DNA from: Dromaius novaehollandiae
Taxonomy: Eukaryota
Direction of reading: 5' to 3'
Length of the DNA: 64,000 nucleotides
Assembly: GCF_036370855.1 (NCBI RefSeq)
Contig: NC_088128.1
Span: forward strand, 420,899 to 484,898
Under the pieces are notes generated by a model that was not told the DNA's origin, made no database searches, and saw only the letters and a list, made by a program, of their open reading frames with translations. Position 1 is the first letter of the stretch, and each line of letters begins with the position of its first letter. Positions 35,741 through 47,879 of the stretch are shown here, piece by piece. The position numbers and the translations under genes are program-made.

Positions 35741-36676
35741 TTATTGGTGCTGACTTTGGACCCATTGAACCAGTTTCCTCAGGGCATCCTTGAGCTCCTT
35801 GTTCCTCATGCTGTAGATGAGGGGGTTCACTGCTGGAGGCACCACCGAGTACAGAACAGCCACCACCAGATCCAGAGCTGGAGAGGAGAGGGAGGGGGGC
35901 TTCAGGTAGGCAAAGGTGCCAGTGCTGACGAACAGGGAGACCACGGCCAGGTGCGGGAGGCACATGGAAAAGGCTTTGTGTCGTCCCTGCTCAGAGGGGA
36001 TCCTCAGCACAGCAGTGAAGATCTGCACATAGGACAGCACAATGAAAATGAAACACCCAAAGACTAAACAGGCAGTAACCACAATAACCCCAACTTCCCT
36101 GAGGAAGGCATCTGAGCAGGAGAGCTTGAGGATCTGGGGGATTTCACAGAAGAACTGCTCCACTGTGTTGCCTTGGCAGAGTGGTATTGAAAATGTGCTA
36201 GCACTGTGCAGCACAGCAGTGAGAAAACCACTGGCCCAGGCAGCTGCTGCCATTTTGACACAAGCTCTGCTGTCCATGAGGGTCCCGTAGTGCAGGGGTC
36301 TGCAGATGGCAATGTAGCGGTCATAGGCCATGACTGTGAGGAGAGAGTACTCAGCCAACATGAAAAAGACAAAGAAAAAGACTTGGGCAGCACATCCTGA
36401 GTAGGAAATGGCCCTTGGTGTTCCACAGGGAATTGGCCATGGATTTGGGGAGAGTGGTGGAGATGGAGCCAAGGTCGAGGAGGGAGAGGTTGAGGAGGAA
36501 GAAGTACATGGGGGTGTGGAGGTGGTGGTCGCAGGCTACGGCTGTGATGATGAGGCCGTTGCCCAGGAGGGCAGCCAGGTAGATGCCCAGAAGAGCGAGA
36601 AGTGCAAGAGCTGCAGCTCCCATGTGTCTGCAAGTGGCAGGAGGAGGAACTCATTGAAGGAGCTGCTGTTGGACAT
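35741..36676 (-). pseudogene. OR unit 3: a full-length (936 bp) OR14/gamma-c-like gene disrupted by two compensating 1-bp indels relative to the intact paralog. One is a 1-bp deletion near 36590 (gcccagaag vs gcccaggaag). The other is a 1-bp insertion near 36435 (ggcccttggtg vs ggccctggtg). The ~52 codons between them are out of frame, and the true frame hits TAG shortly after the first indel
   Basis: ATG at 36676. The correct protein is read in three different frames: ORF 36351..36623 carries TM1-TM2, and ORF 35741..36472 carries TM3 to the C-terminus (MAYDRYIAICRPLHYG…NPLIYSMRNKELKDALRKLVQWVQSQHQ*). Confidence 0.7.
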
Positions 36677-36782
36677 TTTGCTCCCTCCAGGCATGTGGGA
36701 CTGTTAAAGGAGGAAAAGACAGTGACAAGTCAGGAGAGACTTCTCTGTTCAAAACTCTTGCCTGCTCTCACAGACACCCTGA

Positions 36783-36784
<2 letters not shown>

Positions 36785-36835
<51 letters not shown>
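36785..36835. repeat. (GC)4(CA)~22 microsatellite, ~110 bp upstream of the unit 3 OR start
   Basis: cgcgcgcgcacacacacaca… is read directly. Confidence 0.95.
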
Positions 36836-36836
<1 letters not shown>

Positions 36837-39800
36837 TGCTTTACTCCTTTTCAGCAGGACCTTCCTTCAGCTCCATGCCTGGAGCTCCAGTTCGTGCTGG
36901 CTGAGTCTGCCATGAGGAGCAGGGTCCTCTGCCCATGGGCTCCAGAGGGGTCAGCCCTGCTCGAATGCAGAAGGGCAGTTTAAGTTCTTCACCTCCAGTT
37001 CTGAGGCATTTTGACCACGAAAGCAACAGCTTCACTTTTGGGGGGCTTGTTTGTTTGTCCGTCTGCTCTGCAGGGTAGGAATATGCAACCTCTCCCCTGC
37101 TCTCAGTGTGAAGACTAGTGAGGCCTGAGAGGCAAAAGCTCTCCCTGTGCCCTAGGACAGAGCCAACACACTCGTCTCCATATCAGTCCCATTCCTAGAT
37201 GCCTTGGGCATGCACTTCTCTCAGAGGACAATCTCAACCAGAAGCTGCCCTTAAAGGAACCTGGCCTGTGCTGACAGTGGTGTCCACTTGCAAAGCACAG
37301 ATCTCCAAACCCACCTCCTGTTCTCAGCTCAGATGTTCCAAGAGTGATGGAGAGGGTGTGACATAGCACAAGGCTCCAATGATCAGAAGAAGGACTCTGT
37401 GATGTGGCTCTGGTACGGACAAAGAACTCAACACTCAGTTTCTAGCCAAAAACACACAGTGCTTATTTCAGCTGCCCACATGCAGCCACCCGCAGCAGCA
37501 TTTCCATTTCCTTAGCACCTCTGTGGCTTGTGCATGGGACATTCAGCTATCACACATGTCCTACAGAAGAGCTGTGCCCTTCTGGAGGGCAGCACACAGC
37601 CCAGCAGCACACCACAGGGAGGGTCAAGTCTCTTAAAGGCGGGTCTAGAGAAAGGACAATCAGCTCATTGCCCAGCCCCACAGCCTGCGCTGCTTTGAGC
37701 CCCAAAGGCAAGAAAGGATCCTTGTCCTCTCCCTCCATTGGAGACAACTCTGCAACAGGAACCACAGGGTCTGTGTCAGACTCTGTAGCAGCAAATTTCC
37801 TCCCCAGAAAGCCCAAGAGCAGGAACAAGAGCAGCCCAGACAGGGAGAGAAGCAAGGAACACCTTGGTGCTTCTGCTTAGGCTGGCAAAGACAGAAAGAG
37901 AGAGGCACACTGACGAAGGCCTTCCCCTAACCCAGCCGTGCACACCACCTCCCAGATGGAGACATCACAGGGCGGTTGTTCCCAGCCCCTTTGTCATGTT
38001 TTAGGAAATGGGCATGTGGCAGGGGAGCTGCTGCTCTCCTCTTCTGGGGCTCTGGCTGACAAAAAGGCAGTTGGTATCCTGGATCCTGTGGCCTTGAGGG
38101 CAGAGGGCTCTGCTGGGTGGCAGAGGAAAGGTGAAGGGGGCTTGCTGAGGGGAAAGCATCTGCACTGCAGGGGCTGGCAGAGAATTTCCTGCATCCCAGC
38201 CTCGCATGAGGTTTCTGGCGGCAGTTTCCTTTCGCTCTCTGACCATCTCTCTGCTGCTTGGAGATGTCCTTGCTGAGAGTTCTTCCTCTGTCCCCACACA
38301 GACCCATGCCACTTGCTGGGCACTCAGCTCAGCGCTACGGAAATCTCCAAGCAGCAGGAAACTGCCCAGGAGCAGTTCCCTTTTTCCAGGTGTTAAAGAG
38401 CAAATCAGAGAATTTCTGATGAGACTGGCAAGGTGATGCTGGTGCTGACTGTAGGCTGAGGGGTTCTGCAGGCACTTGCTGAGATTCCTCACAAACCTAT
38501 TCATCCTTCAGTGTGGTGAAGAGGCTTGTTTCAACCTGACTGCTGCATTTCCATTCCCACCATGCAGAGACAAGTCCTATGGAAAACTCCACTCTCAAAA
38601 TGTCCTCATGGTGAGCTGGAGCTGAGAGCAGCCCTGACCCATGCAGCACGATCTCAGCAGGAGAATGAACCTGCCCTGCCAAGGGTCTCCCCTCTCACCC
38701 AGAGCTTCTCCCCACAGCACCATGGGGAGCTCCCCGGGCAGGCTGAGTGCTGGTCCTCACAGGCAGCAGAAGCACTTCCCTGGGCACACAGCACCCTGGG
38801 GCGCAGGGACACTGCTCTGAATTACAGCCCTGCACAGACCTAGGTGCATTCTGTGGCTTCACATCCCTGCAGCCATCCCTGGGAGAAGGGAACCAGATGC
38901 CCTGTGCCAGTGATGGTGTGGCAGGAAATCCCTGCTCTGAAGCATCTCCTCCTCCTCTGCAAAAGAGAAGCCAGCAGAATGATCCTTAGAAACCCTATCA
39001 GTCACGGGAAGGGCTGCATTCAGAAGACCTTTCCAGGAACTGCAGTAGTCTTGCTCTACAGACAGAGACTTACTGTACAAAGATCGGTGAAGATTCCTCC
39101 CACAAGCAGCTCTCCTCTGTCCTCCCACTCCACACTGCCTTGCACTTCTCTCTGCCTTCTCTCATCTCATGTCAGCAGCAGCAGGCAGTGCCCGCAGCCC
39201 TGCTGCTCTGTGCAGAGGAGCTGCTCCTGCACACAGCTGTGTCTGTGCAGTGCTGCCAGGTTGCCAGGAGCTCCCTCCATCCCAGGAGCCTGGCCAATAT
39301 TAGGAGCAAAGGCCCAGCTAATGACATGACTTTCTCTGTCCCTCGTGCTCCCTCCTCCTGGGAAATGTTCACTGGAATAAACTAAAATAATCACCTGTTG
39401 TCCTTTCCTAAAGAGTGGAGAGGGATGGATTCCAACATTGCAATTTATTTCATCAGAGGATGGCTACCTATGAAAGGTGGAAACGTCCCACTCTGGAAGC
39501 TCCTATTCCCATCTCTTAACCTGGCAGGACACCTAGATGGGGACAAGAACAGAGTTCATTTTCTCATTGTTCAGGTCTTAATTCCGATGAGTCAGTGTGG
39601 CCTGCTCAGGCTGCTTTAGAAGGCCCTAAGATAAGGTGGGATTCAGCAAACTCCCGTGACCTCCGCAACCACACAGCAGGTGGGAGTCCCCTTGCCCAGG
39701 CTGAAGTGAGCATAACAGAGGTGTCTGCATGGGATCTCCTTGTCTAAGCTCCCATTGTAATCACTGGAGATGGAGGGTGGGAGCCAGTTGCTCACACACA

Positions 39801-40849
39801 AACACCTGGGGACATTGGAAGAGACAGAGGTGGTCCAAGGCATGTGCCAGTGTCTGCTTGCTCTGATGGAGCAAGTGTGAGATCTGCATCCTTCTGGAGC
39901 ATCAGGTGGGGGCCAGGTGGGAAATTTCCTTGGCCATCTGAAATGACACTAGATGCCTACTACAAATGAAGCTCATCTCACTAAGAAGCTTAGACATATG
40001 AAGATCCCAATGTTACAAACAGCTATTGTAATTCAGGGCAGACACTTGGTGTAGTGACATAGCAATAGGCCTGCAGGGCCATGTCGGATGCCTGGGGTGT
40101 CCAGCACAACTGCATGTTTCAGGCAGATACAGCATGGGACCTGCAGAAAAGCCATGCTCGTTTGGAGTGGTTGCTGGGCAAGTGCCCCAGGGCATCTCAG
40201 GTTTCCTGTGCCCAAATGAATGAATCCCATCACTGCCTTTAGGCAAAGTCTGTACTGTCTGCATCCAAGTGTGCTGCATAAATGGGAGAGGCACGTCACA
40301 CCAAGCTCTCCGCTCTAGTCTCTGCACTCTCAAACCCTTCTAGCACTCCTCCTCCCAAGCCTCTTCTCACCCCCTCAGATGAAAGGAACAGGGAATGGGC
40401 TAATGATGACCTCAAGGTGGCTGGATCACAGGCTGCCCAGGGCCAGGGACTTCTTCAGTGGCACCTTGTCCTTCCTGGAGATCAGCTCACATCTGTCACA
40501 GGCCCCATGGTGCTGTGAATCAGCTCAGGCAGCAAAACCCTCTCCTGGCATTTCTCCATGGGCCAGCTCTGTTTCTGCCTGACCTGGGCATGGCAGGGTT
40601 TGCTCTCTTAGTGGGAACCTCCTTTCACCATTACATTGCAACCTGCTATCCATGCCAGCATGTCACCACTTGCAATCAAAGCCTTTGCATACATGAGATC
40701 CTTGGTAACGTTTCCCATGACAAATCTTCAGTCAATGCCACAGCTGAGGTGCTGAAGCCAAAATATGTGCAAACATATGCAGCTTGTCACAGGAGTGCCA
40801 CATGGTTGGAATAACTGAGATGCGGTGGGATCACTCACATGACTGGAGT

Positions 40850-42725
40850 CCTTCAATGGCAGGGTGCAAGTTCTTCAGGAGAGACCACCAGGGAAGATGA
40901 GGAGGGGGATGCCCTTTGTGTGAAGGGGCATCTTGGATGTATGGAGCTCTTCCATGGGATGGACCAAGAGAGGCAGCTCTGAAGGGCAGAGGAGGTCAGG
41001 AAAGCCAGCAGGTCATTAAGCACCCATCAGACACAAGAATGCTCCATATGAACAGTTTGTGAAATTAGTAGGCATCTCTGGCCCCCAGCATGGCTAAACA
41101 GGGAGCTCCCACATGAGCTCCAGGGCAATAAGGCAGCATATGGAAAGGGGAAGAAGGGAGAGGCTGCAAAGGAGAAATTTAGACATATTGTTGAGCAAAG
41201 TAGGGATGGTGTTAAGGACGCCAACACTCCCCTGGGATAGACACACCTGCAGCGGATGTAAAGGACATGAGGAACTTGCAAGAACTCATCCCATACAAGT
41301 CTGTGGGACTGGATGGCTGGAGTCCATGGACATGGAGAGAGCTGGCTGCTATGACAGCAAAGCTGCTCTCTGTCATCTTTGAAAGGTTGTGGAGATCAGG
41401 GGAAGTCCCAATGTCAAGAAAAAGGATTATGCTGTGCCATCTTCAAAAAAAGCCACAAGCACAACCTGGGGAGCTGCAGGCCATTCAGCCTCACTCTGGT
41501 GAGGAGTGTGTCATGGAGCGCATCCTCTCCGATCACATTTCTGGGCACATGAGGGAGAAGAAGGTGCCTGGGAACATCAGCATGGAGTTACTGAAGACAA
41601 ATCATTCCTGACCAACTTAATTGCCTTCTGTGATAAAAGACCTGCACTTGTGGAGGAGAAGGGAGGAGTGGATGTCCAGTAAACATCCAGAGGGGCAAAA
41701 TGCTGCTTGGATGATCGAACTCAGAGGTTTTTCATGAATGGGTCACGCTTTACCAGGAAGGCGGGTAAAGGTGGAGTATGCAGGGGTATGCCCGGCATCC
41801 TGTCCTGTTTGAAAGGCTCATCAGTGACTGGCAGAATGCAAATCTCATCATACTTGTAGATGGCATCTAATTGGTGGAACAGTCATAAGCTTGAGGGCTG
41901 CCATTCAGAGGACTTCAGGAGGCAGGAGGAATGGGCAGTCAGGAACTCTGTGAAGTTCAACAAGGACAAATGCCAGGTCCTGCATCTGGGGCAGACCAAC
42001 ACCCTGCAGTGATATGGGCTGGGGCTTCCCAGCTGGGCAGCAGCTCTTTGGAAAAGGACCGGGGGGTCTTTGTGGGGAGGAAGCTGAACATCAGCCAGCA
42101 GCCTGCCCTGGCAGCAAAGGAGGCCACAGTGTTGTGGGCTGCATGAACAGGAGCACAGCCAGGAGATGGAGGGAAGTGATTATCCCCCTCTACTCAACAC
42201 TCGTCCGAGCCCACCTAGATCTTGCATCCAGCTGGGATCCCTGTAGAAGAATGATGCTGATGGCATGGAGTGAGTTCAGTGGCAGGCCCCCAAGGTGGCT
42301 GTGGGCTGGAGAACTTGCCCTGTGAGGAGAGGCTGAGGGAACGGGCCTTGTTCAGCTGGAAAAGGAAAGGCTTTGCAGGGGACTCATAGCAGCGTCCCAA
42401 CTCAAGGTTACCACCAATAAGGAACCAGGTTTTTGCAGTGACTCATGGCAGGAGAATGAGAGGCAATGGCTATAGGCTGACTCAAGTGAGGTTAAAATTA
42501 GATATAAGGGAGAAAAATCAAAGAGAGTAATGAAGCATTTGAAGAAGGGTCCAGAGAGGTTATGGACTCTCTCTTCTTGGAGGCTTGCAGGACACAGCTG
42601 GACAAGGCCCTCAGGAACTTGGTGTGAATTCTGTGTTGATCCTGATGTGAGCAGGAGGTTGGACTACAGACATCCCAAGGTCCCTTCCAGCCTAAATGAT
42701 TTGGTGATTCTGTCATCTCTGGCAA
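40850..42725 (+). mobile_element. CR1 LINE, 5'-truncated. It has degenerate ORF2 (endonuclease-RT linker, RT N-terminus and C-terminal region) and the diagnostic 3' end …ctggacaaggccctcaggaacttggtg…aggtcccttccagcctaaatgatttggtgattctgtca
   Basis: Translated remnants: …RRNLDILLSK… (41113 ORF), …FERLWRSGEVP…PGELQAIQPHSGEECVMERIL… (41267 ORF) and …CMNRSTARRWREVIIPLYSTLVRAHLD… (42014 ORF). These match the conserved CR1 ORF2 blocks DILLSK, FEKSWRSGEVP…PGNYRPVSLTSVPGK and [30 protein letters not shown]. Confidence 0.8.
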
Positions 42726-42939
42726 TAGCCGCTGCAATTCTTGCAGGCAGGAATTCCTTTTCTGCATGTGGGTTAGCACCAGGTTTGGCCTCCTCAGAGC
42801 CAGCTGTTCCTAGTGGTGGGAGGTTTCCTCTTGGGCCTGAAAGGTTTTAAGGTCAAAGTTTAGTTATGAACAACTGCTTGTCCAGAGTGGACCCTCCTCA
42901 CAGCATACAATACCTGTGCGTTACAATACAATGCCCTTG

Positions 42940-43240
42940 ACCGTTGTGAATGATGGGAAGATGAGGGCCAGCGGGCATTGGTTGCAACAGGAGAGGTACG
43001 GGATGGGGATAAGGAAAAAAATTTTAGCTATTGAGATGGCGAAGCACTGGGGCAGGTTGCCCAGAGAGGCTGTGCCCTCTGCGCCAAAAAGCATCTCCAT
43101 CCTTGGAGGTTTTCAAGGCCTAAATGAAGAAAGCCTTGAGTAACCTGTTTGCACCTGAGAGCTGACCCTGCTGTGAGCAGGAGGTTGGGTTGGAGACCTC
43201 CTGAGGTCCTTTCCAGCCTGAATCATCTGGCATTTCTTTC
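42940..43240 (+). mobile_element. Second CR1 3'-terminal fragment (~300 bp): …hwgrLPREAVpSaPKsISiLGGFQGLNEESLE / gccttgagtaacctg…gaggtcctttccagcctgaatcatctgg
   Basis: Matches the canonical CR1 C-terminus (…NRLPREVV-SPSLEIFK-RLD-ALSNL) and its 3' UTR. Confidence 0.75.
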
Positions 43241-46200
43241 CACACTGGCTCTTCCCTTGTTGATGGTAGGGAAAGCACTCCAGTCCCCTATGACCATGGA
43301 AGTAAGTCAGATGCAAGTATGGTCAGAACAACAGCAGCAGTCTTGTCCTCTTCCAGCCAGTGTTGCTCAGGTGTAGGAATGCACATGCAAACTGCCCCCA
43401 GGAAGAGCCCTGGGAAATGTGAGAGAAAAGAATCTGACTTCCCAGGGGCTGGATGTCCATGCTTGGCCATTTTGCTTGATTAAAACACATCAAGGTTGAC
43501 TTGGCATCAGAGCCACCTGCACATTTCCTTTGTCTACCATCAGTGCTTACAACTTTCTGCTCTAATCAGCCCTCAGTGAGTCTTTGTTGCTCATGGCCCT
43601 CAGTGGGACCCCCTAACACTCAAAGACACTTTGGGCTTTCCTTCGGACTTTGATTTCTGGAATGTTTTGTTCCATCTCCTCTCACTAGCTGTGGTTCATG
43701 GACTCAGCACCAAATACACCATGGGGATCATTCAAACGCAAATAGCCCTGATCAACCACATGTCTTCCCATAATTTTCCTGTAATTTTCCTCTAATATGG
43801 CTAATTGGAGAGGTTCGGGGAGTGTAGCTGAAAGATGGAGACTTCAATAATATACAAGTATTTCTGCTTTTAAAGATATTATTATTATTATCCTTATCAT
43901 TACTATTGTTTTCAGCTTTCAGAATAAGGGACAGCAACATTCTCCAATTGACATTGATCCAGAGTGGCTCCTAATAAAGTCAGATCATGTTGGAAAAGCA
44001 GTGTCCCAGAGGTCACACACTGCATGGACAATCTTCCTCACCATCTCCTCACCCCTGGCCATTGCTCTCATCAGCCACCTGGGACTTGCATCACTCTTGC
44101 AAAAAGCTAACCTTATTCCACTCAAGTCTGCACCTGAATGTTACAGCTCATATGCCCCAGTTCCCACCTGCTTTCCTTAGACAGCTAGCTGCAAATAGAC
44201 ACAGAAGGACTGTTCTTAACTGCAAGCAAACAAAAAGTCAAACATGATATTGTTTCATAAAAAATAATTACACTCTTCATCTGTATGCTAAGTCCAAGCT
44301 GCCGCCAATGAGCTCCACTTTCCACAAGGGATTGTCTTACTGGAAACCTTTTGGAGAAAGAGGAAGTGCCAAATATAAACACAATTAAGGACATGGCAAA
44401 GGGACAGACTACTGAAACATGGAGCAAGCTTTAAACTGCCTCAAGTGCAACTCTGCAGCTAGGTACCTGAATGAACCAAGAGGAAGGGGAGGAGGAAAAC
44501 TCGAGAAAAAATGGAAAGTTGCAATATCCAGCTCGGGTGCTGTAAAGGCCATGCTGGAAATTGTCCATTTAATCAGGGCATTAGAAGAGAGAATGACAAA
44601 TGTCCTGGGGGTCCCAGGCTATGCCAGGGGCTGTGCTGCTCTTGGGGATCCCAAACTGGGCTGTGCTTCTGTACAGAAGTCTGGAAAACGCTTGATGCGA
44701 GGCCCGAGAGAAGAGGGATTTTCCTGAGATTTTCCTGGGTTTCTCTCAACATCCCTGAGTCCTGCATGAGTTGCTCAGAGCAACCCATCCCACCACACCA
44801 ACCCCACAGCTCTCCTTTCTGGGACCTTCCTGGGTCCAGAGCAGGAGGGGGTGTAAGGGCATGGCCACATCCCAAACTATCCTCCATCAGGCCTTCAGCT
44901 CCACAGCGTGTCTCAGATTCGTGAGCTCTCTAAAGCAACACTTCTGTCATTTGAAGCCATGTCCCTGGTGTGTAGAGAAGACTTTGGGTGAACACACAGG
45001 AGACGGGGCAGAGAAAGGACAGAGACCTCAGGGTGCAGGACCGGGGCTCACAGCGTCACAGAGGGGTGCCACAGGCTGAATGAGCAACCCACACAAGTAG
45101 ACGAGTCTTTCCTTTAGCAGTGACTTGGAAAGCCCCATCTCTGAGAGTATTCAAGGGAGATGGAGTCTCCCTTCTACAAGAGTCTCCCTGGGACTGTGCA
45201 GAGACGAGGAAGAGCAGGAAGGTTGGTTGTAGGGATGTTCTCAAACTCCAGCAGCTGCAGAGGTGGGAGCTGGTCACCTCACAAACTTCTGAACGAGCCA
45301 AAATGCAGGTCTTGAGGCATTGCACTGCCTTCCAGGCTCTGCACTGGAGCCTGGCAGCAGCACGGCAGCGTGTGGGCATGTCCTGAGAAGCCCAGGGTCC
45401 AAACTGTGGGACATCCAGGGTGCCAGGGCTGTAGAGTGCCCTCAGGAGAGCCAGGGTGTCAGGGACTGTACCCAGGGCACAAGCATTGCCCCGAGGTGAT
45501 GCTGAAAAGCATAAGGACCAAATGGAATCCAAAATGAGAATTGGTTTCTGCAGGCTCAGCCAGAAGGAAAGCTGGGCAAAATTCATGGGAAATGGGGAAA
45601 CTTCCCCAGGTTTACTACCTGGTCTGGCCCATGGCTTTGGAGCATGGCAAGGACCCGAGTCCTAGATAAAGGCCTCCGGATGATGTGTATTAAGGGCATG
45701 TTTGCTCTTTTCTGGCTTATCATCTCTATGTTAAGCACCGCAAACCAAGAAAGCTTGCTGAGGACTTTGAAAAGCTGAGAGTCTGCTTTGGTGCCTGAAG
45801 GAGGAAGGCTGCATCCTCTCCCACATTGTCCTACATTCCACTGCTACAAAAAGGGCAACCCAGAGGAGGAACCAGCTTTGAGGACCCCAAAGCATCTCAG
45901 CCTGTGGTCACCCTCTGTGCTCTTTCATCCCACATGACTTTGATCATGACTGAAAAACACCAACTCCCAAACCAACCCCCAAGCCCCAGGTCTGCCCAGG
46001 GCAGACAGCTGTCAGCGCAGGGGCACAGAAGTGACATCTCCAGTGCCCCATTTGAGATATCTCATAGCCTTTGGCACTGTCTGGAGATGTTCTTAAAGGA
46101 TTTACCAGAAATTCTGGAACATAACTGGGAAGTGAAGGGAGGTGACTGCTTTCCAGAACATGAGGGGAAATCTCTCTGCTCTCTCCCTGGCTCTGCCATC

Positions 46201-47738
46201 TCCATGGTGGTGACCTACTGAGCCCCCAGATGACACGAGCTGAGGTCACAGTGGGATGTGCCACATCACAGGCTGGTCTCCCCAGTGCTGCCACGGCAGT
46301 GTCCTCACTTCCCTGTGAGACCTGGGAGCTGCTGGGCACTGCTCACGCACTCCCCACCACTGATTTTAGGAGCTGCTCCACAGCAAGTCGTGGGGATGGG
46401 AGTCAGCAGGGCCACGTTGTGGTCACTCACTGACAGGCAGAGGAACAGGAACACGTTGGAGAGATTTGGGTGAGGAGACCGGAGGGGCGTCCTTCCTCCC
46501 CGGCTAGAGAAGAGAGCTGAGGGCAAGTGAGATGGAGGGCTGATGGACCCAGATCATCATCCCAGACCACAGTTCCTTGTTCCCAGTGCTCCTGTGGCTC
46601 TCCACCAAGGGTAAGGGCTTTGGGAGCTCCTTCCCAAGGTGTCGCACAGAGACTGTTAACTGCAAAAATGGCTGTGGAACTTGTGCTGTGGGGGTGGCTG
46701 GACAGGGTGGGCGTTGCCACAGCAGTCCTGCCTGAGGGTCCCCCCTGGCTCGGGGGACAATGTGGCAGTCAGGACTCCCAGGTCCTGGGGCTGGGGCTGC
46801 TCTAAGACTCCTGTGGGGCCAGCTCCATCCCCACATAACAGTGGGCAATCCAGGTCCAGCTTTCCCTGGGAGTGAGTCCCCCTTTGGGATCTGGCTCCTG
46901 ATGCTTTCTTGAGTCTTTGAGATTGTACCGAGACTTCTGGGGAAAGTCATCATGGCTTTCTGTTGAATCTGGACCCTCATTGCATCTTCCCATTCCAGAC
47001 CCTCATGCATTCCTATCCATCAGGAAGATGGGGAGTTAATCGAAGCAGTCAGAGCCATTTCTCCCCTTTTTGCCTGCCCAGACCCTTGCAGACAGTGGAG
47101 ATGCCACCTCACAAGAAGTCAGGCATCTAGGGGCAATGGGTGGCTTGGAGACCTCTGTCCTTGGTCAGCTGTGAAGGTGCCAGCTCCAAAGCTGCTTGTG
47201 CTCAGTCCCTCTGAAGAGAGCAGCATTGCCCAAGGAGCCAGCTCTGGCCCTGGTCTTGTGCTCATCATTTGCACCTGCCTTGTGAGCCTGGGCTGCCTTG
47301 GCCACCTCCTGGTGTCACCACAAGAGCTTCCCTGTGTGTGTGGGTTGAGGTGCCAAGGGAAGGCAGTGAGCAGAGCAGTGCCTGGGGAGTGTGCATGTGG
47401 CGAGGGTCCTGCCTCCATCTCTGCTTGCTGGCACTTGGTTGTATCCAGCAGAATGGCCATCTGTGTGGGGCAGAGACAGTGTGTTTGCAGACTAGCTGCC
47501 ACAGCCGAGGTCTGGCGTCAGGGTGATGGCTGGTGCAGTGCTGAGTTGATGTGACAGTGTCAGGAACCCTTTCCAGTGCAGCTGCTCCCTCAGCTGATCT
47601 CTGTACCTGGGCACTGGAAATGGCAGTGGCCTCCTGCTGTCATTGTGTAGGTGCTCCAGTGCAAAGGCTTACAGCTCGGACTTGATGGTCATAAAGGAAA
47701 AGCAAGACCAATCCTTCCTTTTTGTGATTTATCTCCAG

Positions 47739-47861
47739 GGTGACAGAGTGGAGCTGTGCCATGACCTGGAGAGAATCCTGCCAGGAGATGAAAGCCGTTT
47801 GCAGAAGACTGTTGTGTACGGAGTGATCACAGCGTACTCAAGGGCCATGCGAGTGGCCCAG
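47739..47861 (+). other. Candidate orphan coding exon (123 nt, phase 0-0) encoding GDRVELCHDLERILPGDESRLQKTVVYGVITAYSRAMRVAQ. It has a strong acceptor (ttcctttttgtgatttatctccAG|) and donor (CAG|gtgagc)
   Basis: Splice-signal quality and an open frame. Present only in mega-unit B, with no counterpart in mega-unit A. The protein was not recognised. Confidence 0.3.
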
Positions 47862-47879
47862 GTGAGCTTCTCCTCTGTG

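Larger units (their letters stand above)
27050..44750. repeat. Mega-unit A (~17.7 kb): a diverged 3.4-kb block, the 62-bp satellite, a spacer, and minus-strand OR unit 3 with ~3 kb of 5' flank and CR1 debris. It is paralogous to mega-unit B (45100-64000+)
   Basis: Colinear homologies: 27050-31500 vs 45100-49600 (offset ~18.1 kb); 35500-39990 vs 57900-61800 (offset 22375); 43380-44720 vs 62700-64000 (offset ~19.27 kb). Confidence 0.7.
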
